Source: Marsupella aquatica (Eukaryota; Plantae; Marchantiophyta). From it: 64,000 bases of DNA. Positions 47,201 through 61,446 of the stretch are shown here, in pieces (position 1 is the stretch's first letter; each line of letters starts with the position of its first letter). The notes below the pieces were generated by a model that saw only the letters and a list, made by a program, of their open reading frames with translations, searched no databases and had not been told where the DNA came from. The stretch lies in the NCBI GenBank assembly GCA_973895155.1, contig OZ316896.1, forward strand, positions 23,518,600-23,582,599. The letters run 5' to 3'. The position numbers and the translations under genes are program-made.

Positions 47201-49206
47201 TCACCAGTAATCGCCACAAGAGCATATGCCACCTTTGAAATGATGAAAACGATTGGCATCCCTGGCTATAATCTCGCGTCCAGTCACCTTCGAGATAAAC
47301 TTGGTTGCGGTATGACAATCTGAACACACCCGAAGGTTCTTCCATACACGAATTGGTTTTCCCCGAGGTATGTGCAAAAGTCCGTAAGCAATAGCCAACT
47401 TCTCACTATGAGAGCAAAGAGCTAGTTCTTTATCCTCCTCATTGATATCATGCAACACAAGTCGGGTATCCGGAATGTAGCCTTCAGCCTTCAGTGTTTC
47501 AGTCAATTTATTGAGCTCAGTGTATATCGCCCTCGCTTCTGGGTGAGATCTATCCCCTACAGCAAATTTATGGATCTTCTTATCAACTTCGATAAAGCTA
47601 CGCCCTGGCTCCTTCCGAAGGCCTCTGTCTTGCATCATGGTGCGCACCAATGAATTCTTCTGTCGCTTACCAGCTGCAGCGTAGATATTAGACAGGAGCA
47701 CGTATGCAGAGGCATTATTGGAGTCCAACTTGAAAAGCTCCTGAGCGGCAAGTTCGCCCAACTCCACATTACTGTGAGTTCTACAAGCCCCAAGCAAGGC
47801 TGTCCAAGTGACTGTATTTGGTTCCATTGGCATGTCAGTCATGAAGAGCTCTGCTTCCTCCAAGTGTCCAGCCCTCCCAAGCAGATCCACCATGCAGTTA
47901 TAATGCTCAATCTCAGGCTCGATGCCATAATCCTGCGTCATAGCTGAGAAGACTCTACGGCCATCATCAACAAGGCCTCCGTGACAACAGGCTGACAAAA
48001 CTGCCACGAATGAATACACGTTGGGGTTCACACCGTCTGCGGTCATTTTTCTGAAGAGGTTCAGGGCTTCATTCCCACACCCATGTTGTGCAAGTCCACC
48101 GATCATTACAGTCCATGTGACTACATCGCGTTTCTCCATTCTGGCAAAAACAAGTCGGGCGTCATCTATACTGCCACTCTCTGCATACATGTGAACGAGT
48201 GCACTGCCCACACGCAAATCCGACTCCAGTCCGGCTTTGCTAGCGTGACCATGAACCTCCTTCACCCACTCCAAAGCCCCCGCACTTGCAGATGCATTCA
48301 GGATGCTCACATTAGTGATTGCATCTGGTTTGAAGCCTTCCCGTCTCATTTGGAGGAATAGTCGATATGCTTCCACACCATACCACGTTCTGCACATGCT
48401 CCAATCATAACATTCCATGTAATGACATTTCCATTGGTCAACTTTTCAAAAGTTTTGCTTGCCTCGGTAATGCACCCACATTTAGCGTACGTCATTACGA
48501 CAGCAGTCCCTACACGCACGTCCGATTCAAAGCCGACCCGTCGAAGATGCTCATGAATTTCTTTTCCGCATCTTAGAGCTAATGGGCCGGCACATCCTTT
48601 CAGGATGCTCAGATACATGATCTCATTCGGCTGCACACCTTCTTGGCGCATTAGATTCAACATTTCGAGTGCAGACTCAACATGATCATTTCTAGCGTAT
48701 CCTGCAATCATGCTGGTCCAAGTAATAACACTCTTCTTCTGAATTTGATCAAAAACTCTACGTGCATGCGATAATCCTGCAATCATGCTGGTCCAAGTAA
48801 TAACACTCTTCTTCTGAATTTGATCAAAAACTCTACGTGCATCCGATCATCCTCCGCATTTGATATACACATTCAACAGCGTGATTACCACATATGGATT
48901 CTTATCAACTCCACTCTCGATAATGCAATCATGAATTTGCTTGACTACTGACAGATCTTTCGGATGCAAGAGCATTTGCAGAACTTTAACATATGTGTAC
49001 GAGTCTGTAGGAATGCCTCGCTGTAGACGATCTTTCAAAACAGCAATTGTTTCATGCCTGCCAGTCCCTTTTGTCGTGACTTGAGACCGATCTCTCGTGC
49101 CATAACTAACATGAGATTGAAATCGGCAGTGAGTAATCACATTCGCCCTTGGCTTAACCCATGCAGGAGTTGACCATCCATCCACCCAAAGTACTTTCCT
49201 TGTCAT
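47201..49206 (-). pseudogene. PPR-DYW paralogue, disrupted
   Basis: TTA>TGA stop at 48847-48849, 75-bp in-frame tandem duplication (48699/48774), 1-bp deletion near 48381, two fewer PLS triplets; DYW end intact (GDYW). Confidence 0.92.
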
Positions 49207-51587
49207 CTTATGATTGAACTCAAGTTCTCTGGGCTTCGTCTGTCAGCACCACAACCCACGATCAGATCTGGTACCAGGATAAAATCCAAGACATTCCACG
49301 CAGTGCAATGAATTTGAAGTTATTTCTTGAGGACTATGTTTCCCAACGATCTTTCTACAATGAATGTTCAGATATAGATAGCAGACCGGTAAGTCTAGGG
49401 AGTTCTAGGGTGCATTCCTACCTCTGTCCATATATGTATTTTCTTGTCTCCCTTGCTCCGCTGTGATATTTGGTAAAGATAACTTGCAAAAGTTGTATGA
49501 CTCCTTTTCAGCTGAGAGTAACGGCTATCTGTCAAGAATGCAATGATCTTAGAATACTGAAATAATTGTGAAAGGCAGATCTAGGTAGCTCAAGTATCAA
49601 TTAGCTTGTTCATACTCTTGTTATTCACTGTAACCACAGAAAGGACAGAGTCAACCCTATATCGAAGTGGCACTAAAAACCTTCAGGCAGGAGTCGCATG
49701 TTATCGTTGAGGTTTGCATAGGATAGACTCTTATGACACATTGACAGGCGTTCAGTTCTACGTTTCCTCCACTGTCCTTTCTATTCTATACACAACCAGA
49801 ATCTCAGGTTTTTGAAAAGCGACTACAATTCACAAAAAACCCTAGCCAGCATCTGTAGATTGGCTCTAGAGAATCCTTAATTAGACGCACATGACATGAA
49901 TGGGAAAGCGCTACCCGTCCTTCTCCTACAATTCAGAACTAAAGCATATGCAGCATTCTTTAAATTGGCTCTTATACAATCCATCGAGAGACACATATGA
50001 CATGAAAGTGACAGCGCCTCCCGCCCCCTCGCCCAAGAATCAAACTTCAAGTTCAATTAAAGTCTTCATCACACAAGCCCCATAGCAGGAAGTTCACGCA
50101 ATTATAAATGTCACCGTGGTGCTGGAACAAGAGTTTCTGTTTAAAAGTAGGTACGCATAACGTTGAAATCGCTCTTCAGTCTCATTACCTGAAGGCCTTG
50201 TACAAGAACAATGGCTGATATCCATACCAATCAAACCGGAAGATGAAGGATGAACTCTGCAAATCAGACCACTGCCTATAGAAACTCATCGAGGCGAACG
50301 TCCTGGTACAGTTTTTAAAGTTCCATCTTGAGATGGGTAAGCTGCGAAAGGGGAAACAGTGAGCTAATATGGAAGTTGTCAAGCTTATTCTATGCTCCAC
50401 ATGTAAGCATACTTTAATATACTTCTCTGCACTTACAGTAGCAACGAGGTCCAAAGACATTCAGTAGTTTGGGATGATGAAGTAAATTCTCCGTTGATTA
50501 TTGTCGAATAGAGTGATTTTTAAGTCTAAAATCCGCCACTTGGGAACGGAAAGGACAGAGTACAAGATGCCAAATAATGACCCAATCAAGAATGAGGACA
50601 CACGGGACCGAAGAAGGGCACAGGAGAGTTTAAAATATCAATCGGTTAAGCGTAGCTTTATTCTCTCTTTGGTATGGGTTTGAGCTATTTCACACGCCGG
50701 CCCAATCGTCAACGAACAGGAGATTCTCCCTTTGCATCGGAAACTGAGTGGGAAGTTAGCAGAATAAGCTACAACTACTAGAGTTTCCCCCAAATAGGAA
50801 CTACTGCATACCTACATCGTTTGCCAATTAGAAACTTTTTTTCATTGTGAGATCCTTTTGAACTATCTTTGACATATCTGCCGCGCTCACTCTGCAAGTC
50901 GTGAGATCATGTACGAAATCTGACAATTTAAACCCAATAATGGTCTTCAAAGAGATTGATCTGAGAGACATGGTTGCGTGTGCCTTCACTTCTTCCTTTC
51001 CAAAACCTGACAGCAATCTACTATGAAATAATCAGACCGAGCTGTCAAAACAAATACGGAACTACACTAAATGAAATTCTTCTGTACATTCTGCCCTTTA
51101 AAACGTAGTTCATATGACGCAAAAACGAAGCCCCCTCTCATTCAACTGCCAAACTTTCAAACGATGGATAGTATTCGGCAACCAACGCAAATCTCAGGAC
51201 GGTCCTTTGTCATTAACACCAGGGCCGGACTGATAAATTTTGAGACTCACAAGTCCTGAAATTCAGATATGCCATAAAGGAAAACTTCTTCTATGAGTTG
51301 CCTTAACTCACCAGGTAAAGTCTTCGATATCTCTCTTTAGTTTACTCCCGGTCTTCCTTTCAGAAACCTGCGGAACTCTACAATTGGGTTTTGTTATTGC
51401 ATCTGTCTGTCAATGAAGATTTGGAGAAGAGAAAACATAGGGCAGTCTCCTCTTTGCCAAGGTGAGGCAGTTGATGCCAATCAACAGCAATCGAGTTGAC
51501 AGAACTCAACAAATATGGAAGAACACGAATTTCAGGGAAAGCAGATCACCTTCCAATGAGTTACTGCTACGAGTATCAGAATCCTGT

Positions 51588-53683
51588 CTACAGCTTTGTG
51601 CCAAACACGCGACATCGTTCGCAACGTTTCTTGCAGATATCCTCAAGCATCTTCGCTGCTGCTGTACGTTCCTGCTGCATTTGTTTTGCCCGGGATCTCA
51701 TCAATTGACGTTCTTCCTTACCGCCCATAGAAAAGTCATCGAGCCATTCAGCTATAAGTTTCCCGAGTTGGTACATGTCCGATCCCTTGGTGTATCTTTT
51801 CCTTTTGTCATTGTCTTCTTCCAACGTTTCCGCATCCCACCCCGTTAAGTCCTCACCAACCCATACTTCATTGTCGTCTCCAGCAGCTTCCAAGTCTATG
51901 ATCACCCATTTCCATTCACCCATATCATTTACTTTGATAACGTTGGGCCACCTTATGTCCCTGTGGGTGTAGCCTTTCATGTGCAAGTCCGCAAGGCCGC
52001 ATAACATGTCATGCGTGGCATTTACTAAATCCTTGCAATCCTTAGGCTTTGCAGATGGGTCACCAACAGGTTGTAGTCGCAATACTGTTTTAGCCCTGGA
52101 TGGTCGGGCGGATATAAGTTGGATCAGGTACCTGGAACCATCGATTTTTTCATACAGGCATTTTATCGCGGTCACCCTATCTTTCGTCAATCGTGGGATT
52201 TCCTTCGTCACGCAGTCAGGATAGATCGTCACTGCTCCACCATCACCTCTTGCTATTGGCTTATATAATGCCAAGGGGATGTTACTATCCAGTTCTTCCT
52301 GTAGTTTCTGTAGGAGACAGTGCATCCGAATGGTGCTATGTAGGAACTTGGCTACATCGCTCAACATATTCAAGTCATAGAGTTGTGAGATACTTTCAGA
52401 AACAATTTCCTTGCCTCGCGGATAGAGCTTCAGCCATTGAAACTGCCTTCCACCGGAGCCACCACCAATCACATAAGGGAGCTTACCATAGAACAAAGGG
52501 CTCCATGCCTTTAATTTTGAGGTGTTCTCAACTGCAGCCTCGTGCCGAAGTGCCGAGTCTGTGTTATTCTCCCATCGGAGAATGAGACAATCCCTCACAA
52601 ACAGCTGAAAATCTGGTCTTAATAGCGGTTTTAGTGGTCGCGATGCTACAGTACTAGTCGGGGGATTGGGTGAATCCAGTAACCAGACCAAACCTTGTAA
52701 TTTTCCGTTTGCTGGAGCCTCCTCATTTAATAATGAGATGAACTCTCCAGTGAGATTAGCCAATTCATGTGAGCTGGTGGCCTCATTGCCTGGAAGGGAA
52801 TGTTTCATCAATCGGAACACAGTTTCGCAAAAAGTTGCCAATTGACTCGCCCCTTCGGAAGTATCAAGTACCACCAGATTAGGCTGGCCCAAGTTCTCGT
52901 TAGTTAGCTCATAGAGTACTGGGAGCTTTACTGGTGTCAGGGACAAAAACTCCTTCAGTTGATTGACACTTACGGGGAGCTCAGCAGGGGGTTCCAACAG
53001 TTTCCCAAAATAGCTACTTTTAGCAGAAATTCTTTCTTCCGAGGACAGGAATTTTGCTTTCTTTGAAGGTCGAGCTCCCTCTGCATACACATCGGTCTCT
53101 AAGTGTTGAAGAGGATGAGAAAAACAGGAAAGTCATCCAATAATCACTCGAGCAATGAGCCCTACAAATTTGGCACGATTCCGGCACAAATGCTTTATCG
53201 GTTCGGCAAAGCAGGAAGACACAGGACACCTGTTATTGCAACAGTACTTTCCAAACAAATGCCAGAGCAAGAGCGACAGCTGCTGTCGATGATGCCCTAT
53301 ATCTTGATCACTTTTCGGCAAAGAAAACAAATTAGGTGCAGCCAATTAGGCGAGTTCAGAGGAATAAACTCAACGAAAAAACAAACCAGAACCAGAAGAC
53401 ACTGAGACGAAATATATTGCTGTGAAATTCTGTTGGAATTACCATGCGTCGAGCTTTCCTTTCGAAGCAGAACTGCCGCCTCGACTCCACATTTTGCTCC
53501 CTCAGATGCGTCTGGACACAGTTTATCAATAAGGCGTTCGAGTCTGTCCTCTGAAAACATCAGCAACGCAGGTACTGAGACCTTGTGGAAGTCTAGTTGC
53601 GCAGCAATGTATCGTAGATCTGCTTGGTCAAGAATGGTAGGTCGAAGCAGGTCCAGAATACTGTCTTCTTGAGAACCCGCCAT
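51588..53683 (-). CDS. Crinkler (CRN)-like REase-kinase protein, copy 2; exons 53683-53443 and 53080-51588, about 577 aa
   Basis: Same motifs and intron as copy 1. Confidence 0.78.
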
Positions 53684-56600
53684 TGAATCTTGCAGGCTGA
53701 ACAATAATACAATTCGCTTCCTTAAGTACCCGCCATTGAATCTTGCAAGCTGAACAATAAGACAATTCGCTTCCTTAAGTTCTATGCTATCAAAACAAGC
53801 ATAGACAGCCACAAACGCAAGTCATAACAAAGAAAGCACAAAGTCCAATCACAAGCAGAAACGAAACCTTCGGTTGACACAAATCGTAGCAACAGAGGAA
53901 GCGACAGAGGAAAGAGCACCACAAGGGTGAAAACTACGGTACAAGGCCGTGAAACTCACCATCCACCACACCCTAGATTACCAAAATGCAATCCCAAATC
54001 CCGCAACCGCGGTGTAAGGCCTCCTGATCCGCAGTCGATCAATTAAACATGCCGCGATTCACCACCTTAAAATTCCTGGCCAGTCTGCTCGCAAAATTCT
54101 CCATACTACAGTCTATGCCAAACAGACCAGTTGTATACCAAAGGTTCGTATTCTTATGCAGACGGGCTCCTCGGTCATCACCAAAGGAGTTGGCAAAGAT
54201 GCGCGTAACCGAGGTAGATTCAAACATCAAAAGGTAGCAAATAATTTGCTTCCTTAGATGATATCATTTACGGAGTAATTGTATCATATTCGCACTTCTA
54301 ACTCCTGTGGAATACCACTTTTGCAGAAATACAATCAAGCTCTTATTGTACCAGGAAAGATGTGCAGAATTTCAAATTATTTTGGTGTTAGGCCCATCCA
54401 AGCTAGGTGAAAAAGCGCCCTTCTTTAGGTCCAGTTAGAGACTCTTGCAAATCTAGAAAATTCTGAAAAAATTCACTTCACCCATTCACATCCGTCAGAT
54501 CTTTCTAATGAATTTCTTATCAATGCTAGAATTTGTGGAATGTGCCATATCACTCGTGAGACAGCTGAAAGCACTTGATAAATGACTATGAAGAAAGGGC
54601 CTTGTTAACATGCTCAGATAACACATAGTCTTTAGCGCAAGATTCAATGTCAAGAAACAAATCTATTTTGCGTCTTCTAAACTTGTCAAGATCCTATCCT
54701 GAATCAATTAAATTTTGCGTCCTCTAAAAGCTATCCTGGATCTTGACTGGTGGATTGACTATAAATTACTAGACAATCCTTACATGATAATAGACAAAAA
54801 AATTAAACCAATTTTTTTATAAAATGTGCTCTAATGTGGAGGAAAAGGATAATAAAATAGACTCAAGAGCTGTGTGTCTTCATTTGCAGCTTGTTTGTGG
54901 ATTGCAACGATTGCACTTACTGTGATCGACCACCTTGCATGATCTCCATCCGTGGGCTGGACCCCAAGAAGTAGATTTCGGTGGCTACTTGCAGAAGGGA
55001 TTGAAGAGATTGGAGTGCTTGCTCTCTTTGTCCCTCCCCTTGAAATTGTGGGCCTTAAAAAGGTCAGTTGGCTTATGTAGTTTTTCCCCCCTTCGCTATG
55101 TCAATGTGCGCATGTCTGCTATGTCAATGCGCGTTTTTTCCCTCCGCTATGTCAGTCGCCGTTTGCCTATAACCGGACTGCTCATTTGATGTCCACTCAT
55201 CTGATGTAATGCTTCCCGTTGCCGCTGCTGAAGGTTTGATGTCCAGATTTCTTGCCAAACAAAAGTCCCCATGTTTGTAGTGTCTATCCCAGTCTCTTGC
55301 GCAGTGCTTGGCGTAGTGCCCATGATTCGATAGGGAACTGATTCATGAACTGTGACTACTTTTCTGCTCTGCGGTGTGAATATGTTGGCATTTGCTGCAC
55401 TTGGTGTTGACAGTTTTTTTTTTAACTTCAATTTAAGTATGTGGGAGACAGACGGGAAGCCGGACGGGGAGGCAGAAGTGCACGGGAGACAGACGGGGAG
55501 ACAGGAGGTAGCGAGCTGTTGATTTGCGCCTTACATGACACCGCCCAACATTCACCTGCTACAAGGACTCATCTTGGTGCGCTTTGAGAATCTTCGTGCT
55601 GCAAGGTGAGACTCTTTCCTGGTCGTGAACTTATATATGCCCTCTCATAGTCTCATTTAATATTGAGGAATGACTATATGCTTCCGTGACATGGCTCATC
55701 TGTCCATTTTTTACAGCGTGATTGACGTCAGCTGTGGCTTAGTCCACCTTCTTGTAACAAAGCAGGCGGTGATTGGACCAGACCGTGTAGTTGGAGCTAC
55801 CCCTATCCAGCTGAAGGAGCGTCGAGCACTCTAAGGCAAGAGTTTCTCCTACATTGTTACCTGGTTACAAGGTTACTCTAAGGCAAGAGTTTCTCCTGCA
55901 TTGACAACTTTCCCATGTCACCTTCAATCAGTTTTCCTTTGCACCTTGGCTTGATCATTTCAAAAAACCTGTCACATTGAGTATGGAATCTATCGCCTTT
56001 CAGCCTTTTAGTTTTTTTTGGGACTGTCACATAGCGAGTTGGTCGCGCTACCGGAAGTACTACCACTTTTACTATACGTTCATCTCAGTGCCTTTTATGG
56101 AATGCTTTCTTGTTCTTCTACTCGGCATGGCATCATCCTGATTGCCTGTCGCTGTGACCATCAACAGAAAGCGTAGACTCGCGTTTGGATTCAGAGTCTA
56201 ATCCAGAGTATAAGGCTCTGAGCAAACCCTAATAGGAAGCCTGCCTGATTCTCTAGCCGATCCGACAGAGAGCCGTCCTTGCAGAACCTGTTTGAGTGTG
56301 TTCCAGTGTTCCAGTGTTCAGCTTTCGAGTGGGTTTTGTTATGATTTGATTTGGTGATTGTTTTGGAGTTGTAGTCGTGGTCAAACGCACGTCTATTAAA
56401 AACAAATTCATGGAGCTCAGGTTGCTGCTGTATATAAAGCGCAGCAGGATCCAGAACTGCCTGCAGTCCCAACAAATCATACATGCTACAATCACAGGAT
56501 AGGAGTTCAAGAAGTCTTCACAGTTTTTCATTTTTGTAGAATCTGAGATGTTGCTGGCCCAGGAGATGAGTTTCCCTTAAGAGTCAGGGATGTCAGCAAT

Positions 56601-57422
56601 GTGGGCCATGTAATACAGTTGAGAATGATGGCAAGTATAATTTGTTAATGGGTCCAATGCCATGTTTGTGAGCTATTGAGTTGGATAGGAGAAAAAAACC
56701 AAAACATTGTCGCAACTACTTCCAGAACAATCATTCATGGTTAGACTAAGCTTGGTTGAACACCCCTTGCTTGCATGGGGCGGACACAATTCGGAATAGG
56801 CTGTCATGGAGTTGTCGAATGGATCTTCAGTTTTCATGATAAATGTCCCGGGCGTCCGTCCTATGTGTAGATTTCAGAATTAGAACAAAACTACTCTTAA
56901 GAATACTGTACTTAGCGATTCTTCTTTTCATGTGAAGACATTGCCGCAAATGTTTCCTTGAGTTCCTGTCATACCAGTGTTTCCCATGCCATTTTCAGCA
57001 ACTACTAACGGAGTTGGCACCGTAAGTTAAAATTTATAGGTCTCATTACTTCAATCCAAAATTCTATGTAAAAAGACATGAACTAGCCTTTGTGCTTAAT
57101 TGCTATGTTCTATCTAACTTGATTTGTTGTTGCTGCTGCCTGAAATTCGTATCTCTTGCTTGAGTCCCAGTTTGCTGGAGTTTTGTTACTCTTTGTGCTT
57201 TGTTGTGCACATTGTTGTCTTTGCTTTGTTTGCTCTGATCAGTCTTAGCCTGCTGCGGACAAGACAGGCAATGAAACCTGTCTGTTCAATTTAAAACTTG
57301 AGAACCAATGCTTTGCTGAAAGTCAATTGTTATTTGTTCTGTGTTGCCCCTACAGATTTTAAAAAGGTCGGGTGAGCGACCACTGCTGGATAGCAAGCGA
57401 AGGGTGTGTGCTGCATTTTGAT

Positions 57423-57476
57423 CTGGACAACCAAGTGTAGAGTTGACTCTTTATGAATGTTGTAGTCTGTTTTGCC
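57423..57476 (-). pseudogene. Tiny ubiquitin C-terminal fragment
   Basis: [18 protein letters not shown] versus ubiquitin [20 protein letters not shown]. Confidence 0.75.
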
Positions 57477-59672
57477 TTGAACTGGGCCATGGATGAATTG
57501 AGCTGGTGAGCAGTTTTTTCTTTCCCATCTTCCTGAAGCTTTGTCTGCTTTCTGCCACCTCAGTGGAGGTTCACTTGCACAACACAACAACCAGTGAGTT
57601 CTCTCTTTGCTACAACCTGCAAGGTGAGACTTTCGATCTGCCTGGATGAAAAAACAGGATCCAAATATGATTTATGTACATGTCCATGGAGAACATGGTT
57701 TTATATACATGCTCTTTGTCTTAGGAACTCAGCATCAAATATGTACTATGCACTTTTCATGCTATGTGTATACTGTGACCTGTAGTTGGAACCAATTTAG
57801 TGAGTGGGAACTGATAAGTGTAGGTTGGTTGCTGTGGGCAAGGCAAGTCGACCTCCTGCTCGCCTTGCTCATCAAAGGACGTGAACAGAGGACATCACAA
57901 CTGTAGTATCACACTAGGGACATAAATAAACATTTAAGATCCAAAACTCGGTATTCGTTCCCATGGAAGAACATGTAAAGAATGATTTTTCTATGATTTA
58001 GTACTTTTGAATGACTTAAGTAACAAAAACACAAAGGTGAGCCTTTTACTATGGATGCTCAGCAAGGCATAGATTTGAATGTCTACTTAACATTGTAAAT
58101 AAAATTAACAAATGGAAACAATTAACAAAACACAATGAAAATCTTGAGGTATGGTGAGGGAGTTAGGAAACAACCAAGGTGACTCTTCAACATAACTTCA
58201 TTTGAGATGATTTAAGGTATTGAACTTGTAAGAACATTTCTGCAATGGAATACTTTACTGGGATGGTTGTTAGGGTGCCGTCTACACATCTCAACCTTTC
58301 CTTCCGAGGTACTAAGTTAAGATTAACAACCAATCACTTCAGCATCCAATCGGTACTTTGTGTCACAAATATCAAACACCATCATCAACAACTTAAAGTC
58401 ATAAGTAATTGGGTGATAACATTCTTTGCACCTCGTGCACAAGCAATGTTATGTCAAAAACATATGCATCAAGAACTCAAGAATGTATAGCCTTCACCAA
58501 TTAAGGAATCTATCTTCACACATTCAAAAGATTCATCAATCACAAAGTTTTACTTCTCTGGTCTGAAATCTCAATCATTCAAACACAAGGAAGGGGAAGA
58601 AATCCTTTGTATTAAGTACTCATCAACAACATAGAGTGCTTGTTACAAATGGAGGTAACAAAGTTGCAGACTTGCAACTGAGCGCTCATGAAATTTTTTC
58701 ACACTTGAAATGACATGAGAACTACTACTTATATGTTAGGAGGAACTAAAAGGAAAATAGATAATGAAAGGACATGCCCTTTCTTATCTCAAGGGTCATA
58801 GGTAAAAGTAAAAGTAACAAAAGTATACTACAGGAGTACCCAAGGTTCAGTGGAATGTTCCTGGAATGAAAAGCTAACCAAAAGGTATCTCAAGGGTTAA
58901 CTATTGTAAAAGGGAATTTGTGGTAAAACTAATGAATAGGGGTTTTATCCAAATTTTAATTTCTAAACTAAAATTCATAAAAAGGTGAGACTTTGCTGAA
59001 GTGGTCTCTGATGTATATTCTTCATGCTGGAAAAATATGAGACTTTTCTGAGGTGCCTAAGTGCCTCAATAAAATAGGTAAAAATGTTAAAAATGTTACA
59101 GAAAACGAAAACCGGAAAATTTTCTAAGTGCTGGGCGCATGCGCGCATAAGCTCATAGGCGCATAAGCGCATTAGCACTTTCGCGTCTAAGCAGAAAACA
59201 ACAAAACTAAAATATTTTTAATTTTCAAACCACATGTAGGTTTGAGTTGAGATTTTCAGGGTAGTTTCTACTACGTAAGGACTATCTCCTGGAAAAGTAT
59301 GAGACTTTTCTGACTACTTTAACTATTTAACTAAAATTGCATAGATCGGTTAATCTTAATAAAGGTATACAGAGCTCATTCCTACTGAAGAAGTGTTTTG
59401 GAGTTCGATTCTTGAATCTTCTAGTCTCGATTGCTTCTCCAATGATGTCCAGTATTCCTTCTTGGTAGCATGCAAAGAGTAAGGGTGTATATTGTTGATC
59501 CTTGTCCAATATAGCCTTTGATGAAGCATATCATTAGGTAAAGTGTCCAGTTGATCTAAATTGCTACAAAAAGTAACTATACTACACCTTTGACTTAGAA
59601 AAAGTTTAAAATTTAAAATTTTTCTATCATTTCTAACTAGTGTACTATATTACAACAACAAAAGCAACACTT

Positions 59673-60122
59673 ATGGTGAGGACCCGCAACGCTGAACATG
59701 TGCGGCTTGCACGCAAGGCAGAGATGTTGCACCTTGAGTATATCAGAATGGGGATCCTTCCAGCCCAATCTGCATGGTACTTTGAGTACCCTGTTCTTGC
59801 CAGGAACAACTACAGCCGGCCTCTACCTGCTTCAGTACCCTTCCCGACATCCTTGGTATTTGTGTCTCTTGTACATGACCCACCACAAATTAGGTGCCAA
59901 GGGTGTGTGCACAGTTGCCAATATGATTGTCCTGCCTGTAGGGCTTCTAGCCCAGAGTTGGATGACCGTTCTCTTGGATGTTGGTTTTTGCATAGAGCAC
60001 AATGTATCATCTGGAACCACTCGCCATCCTGTAGTGTGCCTGGTGATGTCACTTGTCCTGCCCTCCCAGACCCCACCACTGGTGACATTGGTGTCTATAC
60101 ATGTTTGGATCACACGCTCTAA
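59673..60122 (+). CDS. Small Cys/His-rich ORF, possibly a degenerate PHD-like zinc finger
   Basis: CQGC, CPAC, WNH..C, YTCLDH spacing. Confidence 0.35.
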   Translation: MVRTRNAEHVRLARKAEMLHLEYIRMGILPAQSAWYFEYPVLARNNYSRPLPASVPFPTSLVFVSLVHDPPQIRCQGCVHSCQYDCPACRASSPELDDRSLGCWFLHRAQCIIWNHSPSCSVPGDVTCPALPDPTTGDIGVYTCLDHTL

Positions 60123-60769
60123 AGGACCACTTGTCACACCGCATGCACAGACCAGAGACCATTGACTTATAACTTTACACTCTGACTTGAACAGAGAGGA
60201 TATTTACTTTTGAATTATGAACAATTTTGGGTCCAGGGTTTAGGGTGAACAGTACATAACTTATCCTATTATGGCTGCACTAAGTAGAATATCCTAATTT
60301 AAGAGGCTAGGAAGCTCACTTAAAAGTCTCCTTTCCAAGACTGGAATTAATGGGCCATGTGATAACCTGGAAAAAGTGATTTATGCCTAACTTATTTGTC
60401 TCATTCACTATCATAGCCTATTTAGGATGTATAAATTACAACCCTGATCACACTGCTTGATACCAATCCTGTTCAAAAAATGTCTGTTTTACATGTCACG
60501 ACTATTGTATGTGATTCAAATGCATTAAATCTTGTTGCAGATCTCATTTGGTGAATCATAGCCACAAAATTGAGGTGTAGGTGGAGCTATTGTACTAGGG
60601 GATCAGTTTTCAGTGTGGGCTCAACAAACCAAAAAGTATGTCTACTCTACATCTGTGTGTGATCATTTCATTGTGCAGTAGCAATTGCCAGTCTAGTCTA
60701 TATGCTACACTGCTAAATTGTATTGTCTGTGCACTCTGCTAAATTGTACTATCTGTCTCATGCGTAGGC

Positions 60770-61446
60770 ATGGCACGCCCTAAAATCCGAGCCAAGAAGC
60801 GGGGGACAGAGGTGAGCAACACAGGTGTAGTTGGGCCAGATGGTAGTAACTTCTCCGCATGTCAGATTTTCCAGAAGGCAGCTCATTGTTGTGCCATTTG
60901 TGACGATGGTGGGGGCTTAGCCATATGTGAGGGCCCTTGCATGAGGCATTTCCACCTCAACCCGGAGTCTGATCTTGCTGCAGAAAACAACTGTCCAGGG
61001 GTGGGCCTCCCGTCAGCACACCAAGGAGGCTGGATGTGCACTGATTGTTTGGAGAAGCAAGCTAAGTGTGCACAGTGTGGGATGTTGGGGTCTTATGAGG
61101 GCTCTGTTGATGCTCCACCACTTGTTAGGAAATGCCCTGACAGATATTGTGTGAGGTTTTTTTTTCATGTTTGCCCGATCTTGCCACAGCTTGCCCACTT
61201 CATAAGTGCAAGGCATGTGGTCAGCACGATGAAGATTTATGGGTGGACATAGTCCACTGTGTTAGGTGTCCCACCATGTGGCACTTTCATTGTTTGAAGG
61301 AGCGTCAAGCAGAAGGCTATGCTTGTGACAGACACATCTATCATCACTCTGCACATGGTGTTGATCGATGGATCTTCTATTGTCATCGCCATGCCATAGA
61401 TCTTACTTTGCACACTCCCATGAGAGATCACATTTCTTGGCTTTGA
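60770..61446 (+). pseudogene. Stand-alone EDM2-like multi-PHD finger module, one frameshift in a T9 run
   Basis: CAICDDGG..CEGPCMRHFH, WMCTDC..CAQC..LGS, CPLHKCKAC, CVRCPTMWHFHCL, IFYCHRHAIDLTLHTPMRDHI follow the recalled EDM2 PHD region including its TPVRDH tail; frames switch at 61157-61165. Confidence 0.8.

Noticed and set aside
59638-59642. CACTA terminus (TAGTG)
   Set aside because: No matching CACTA inverted end with TSD identified
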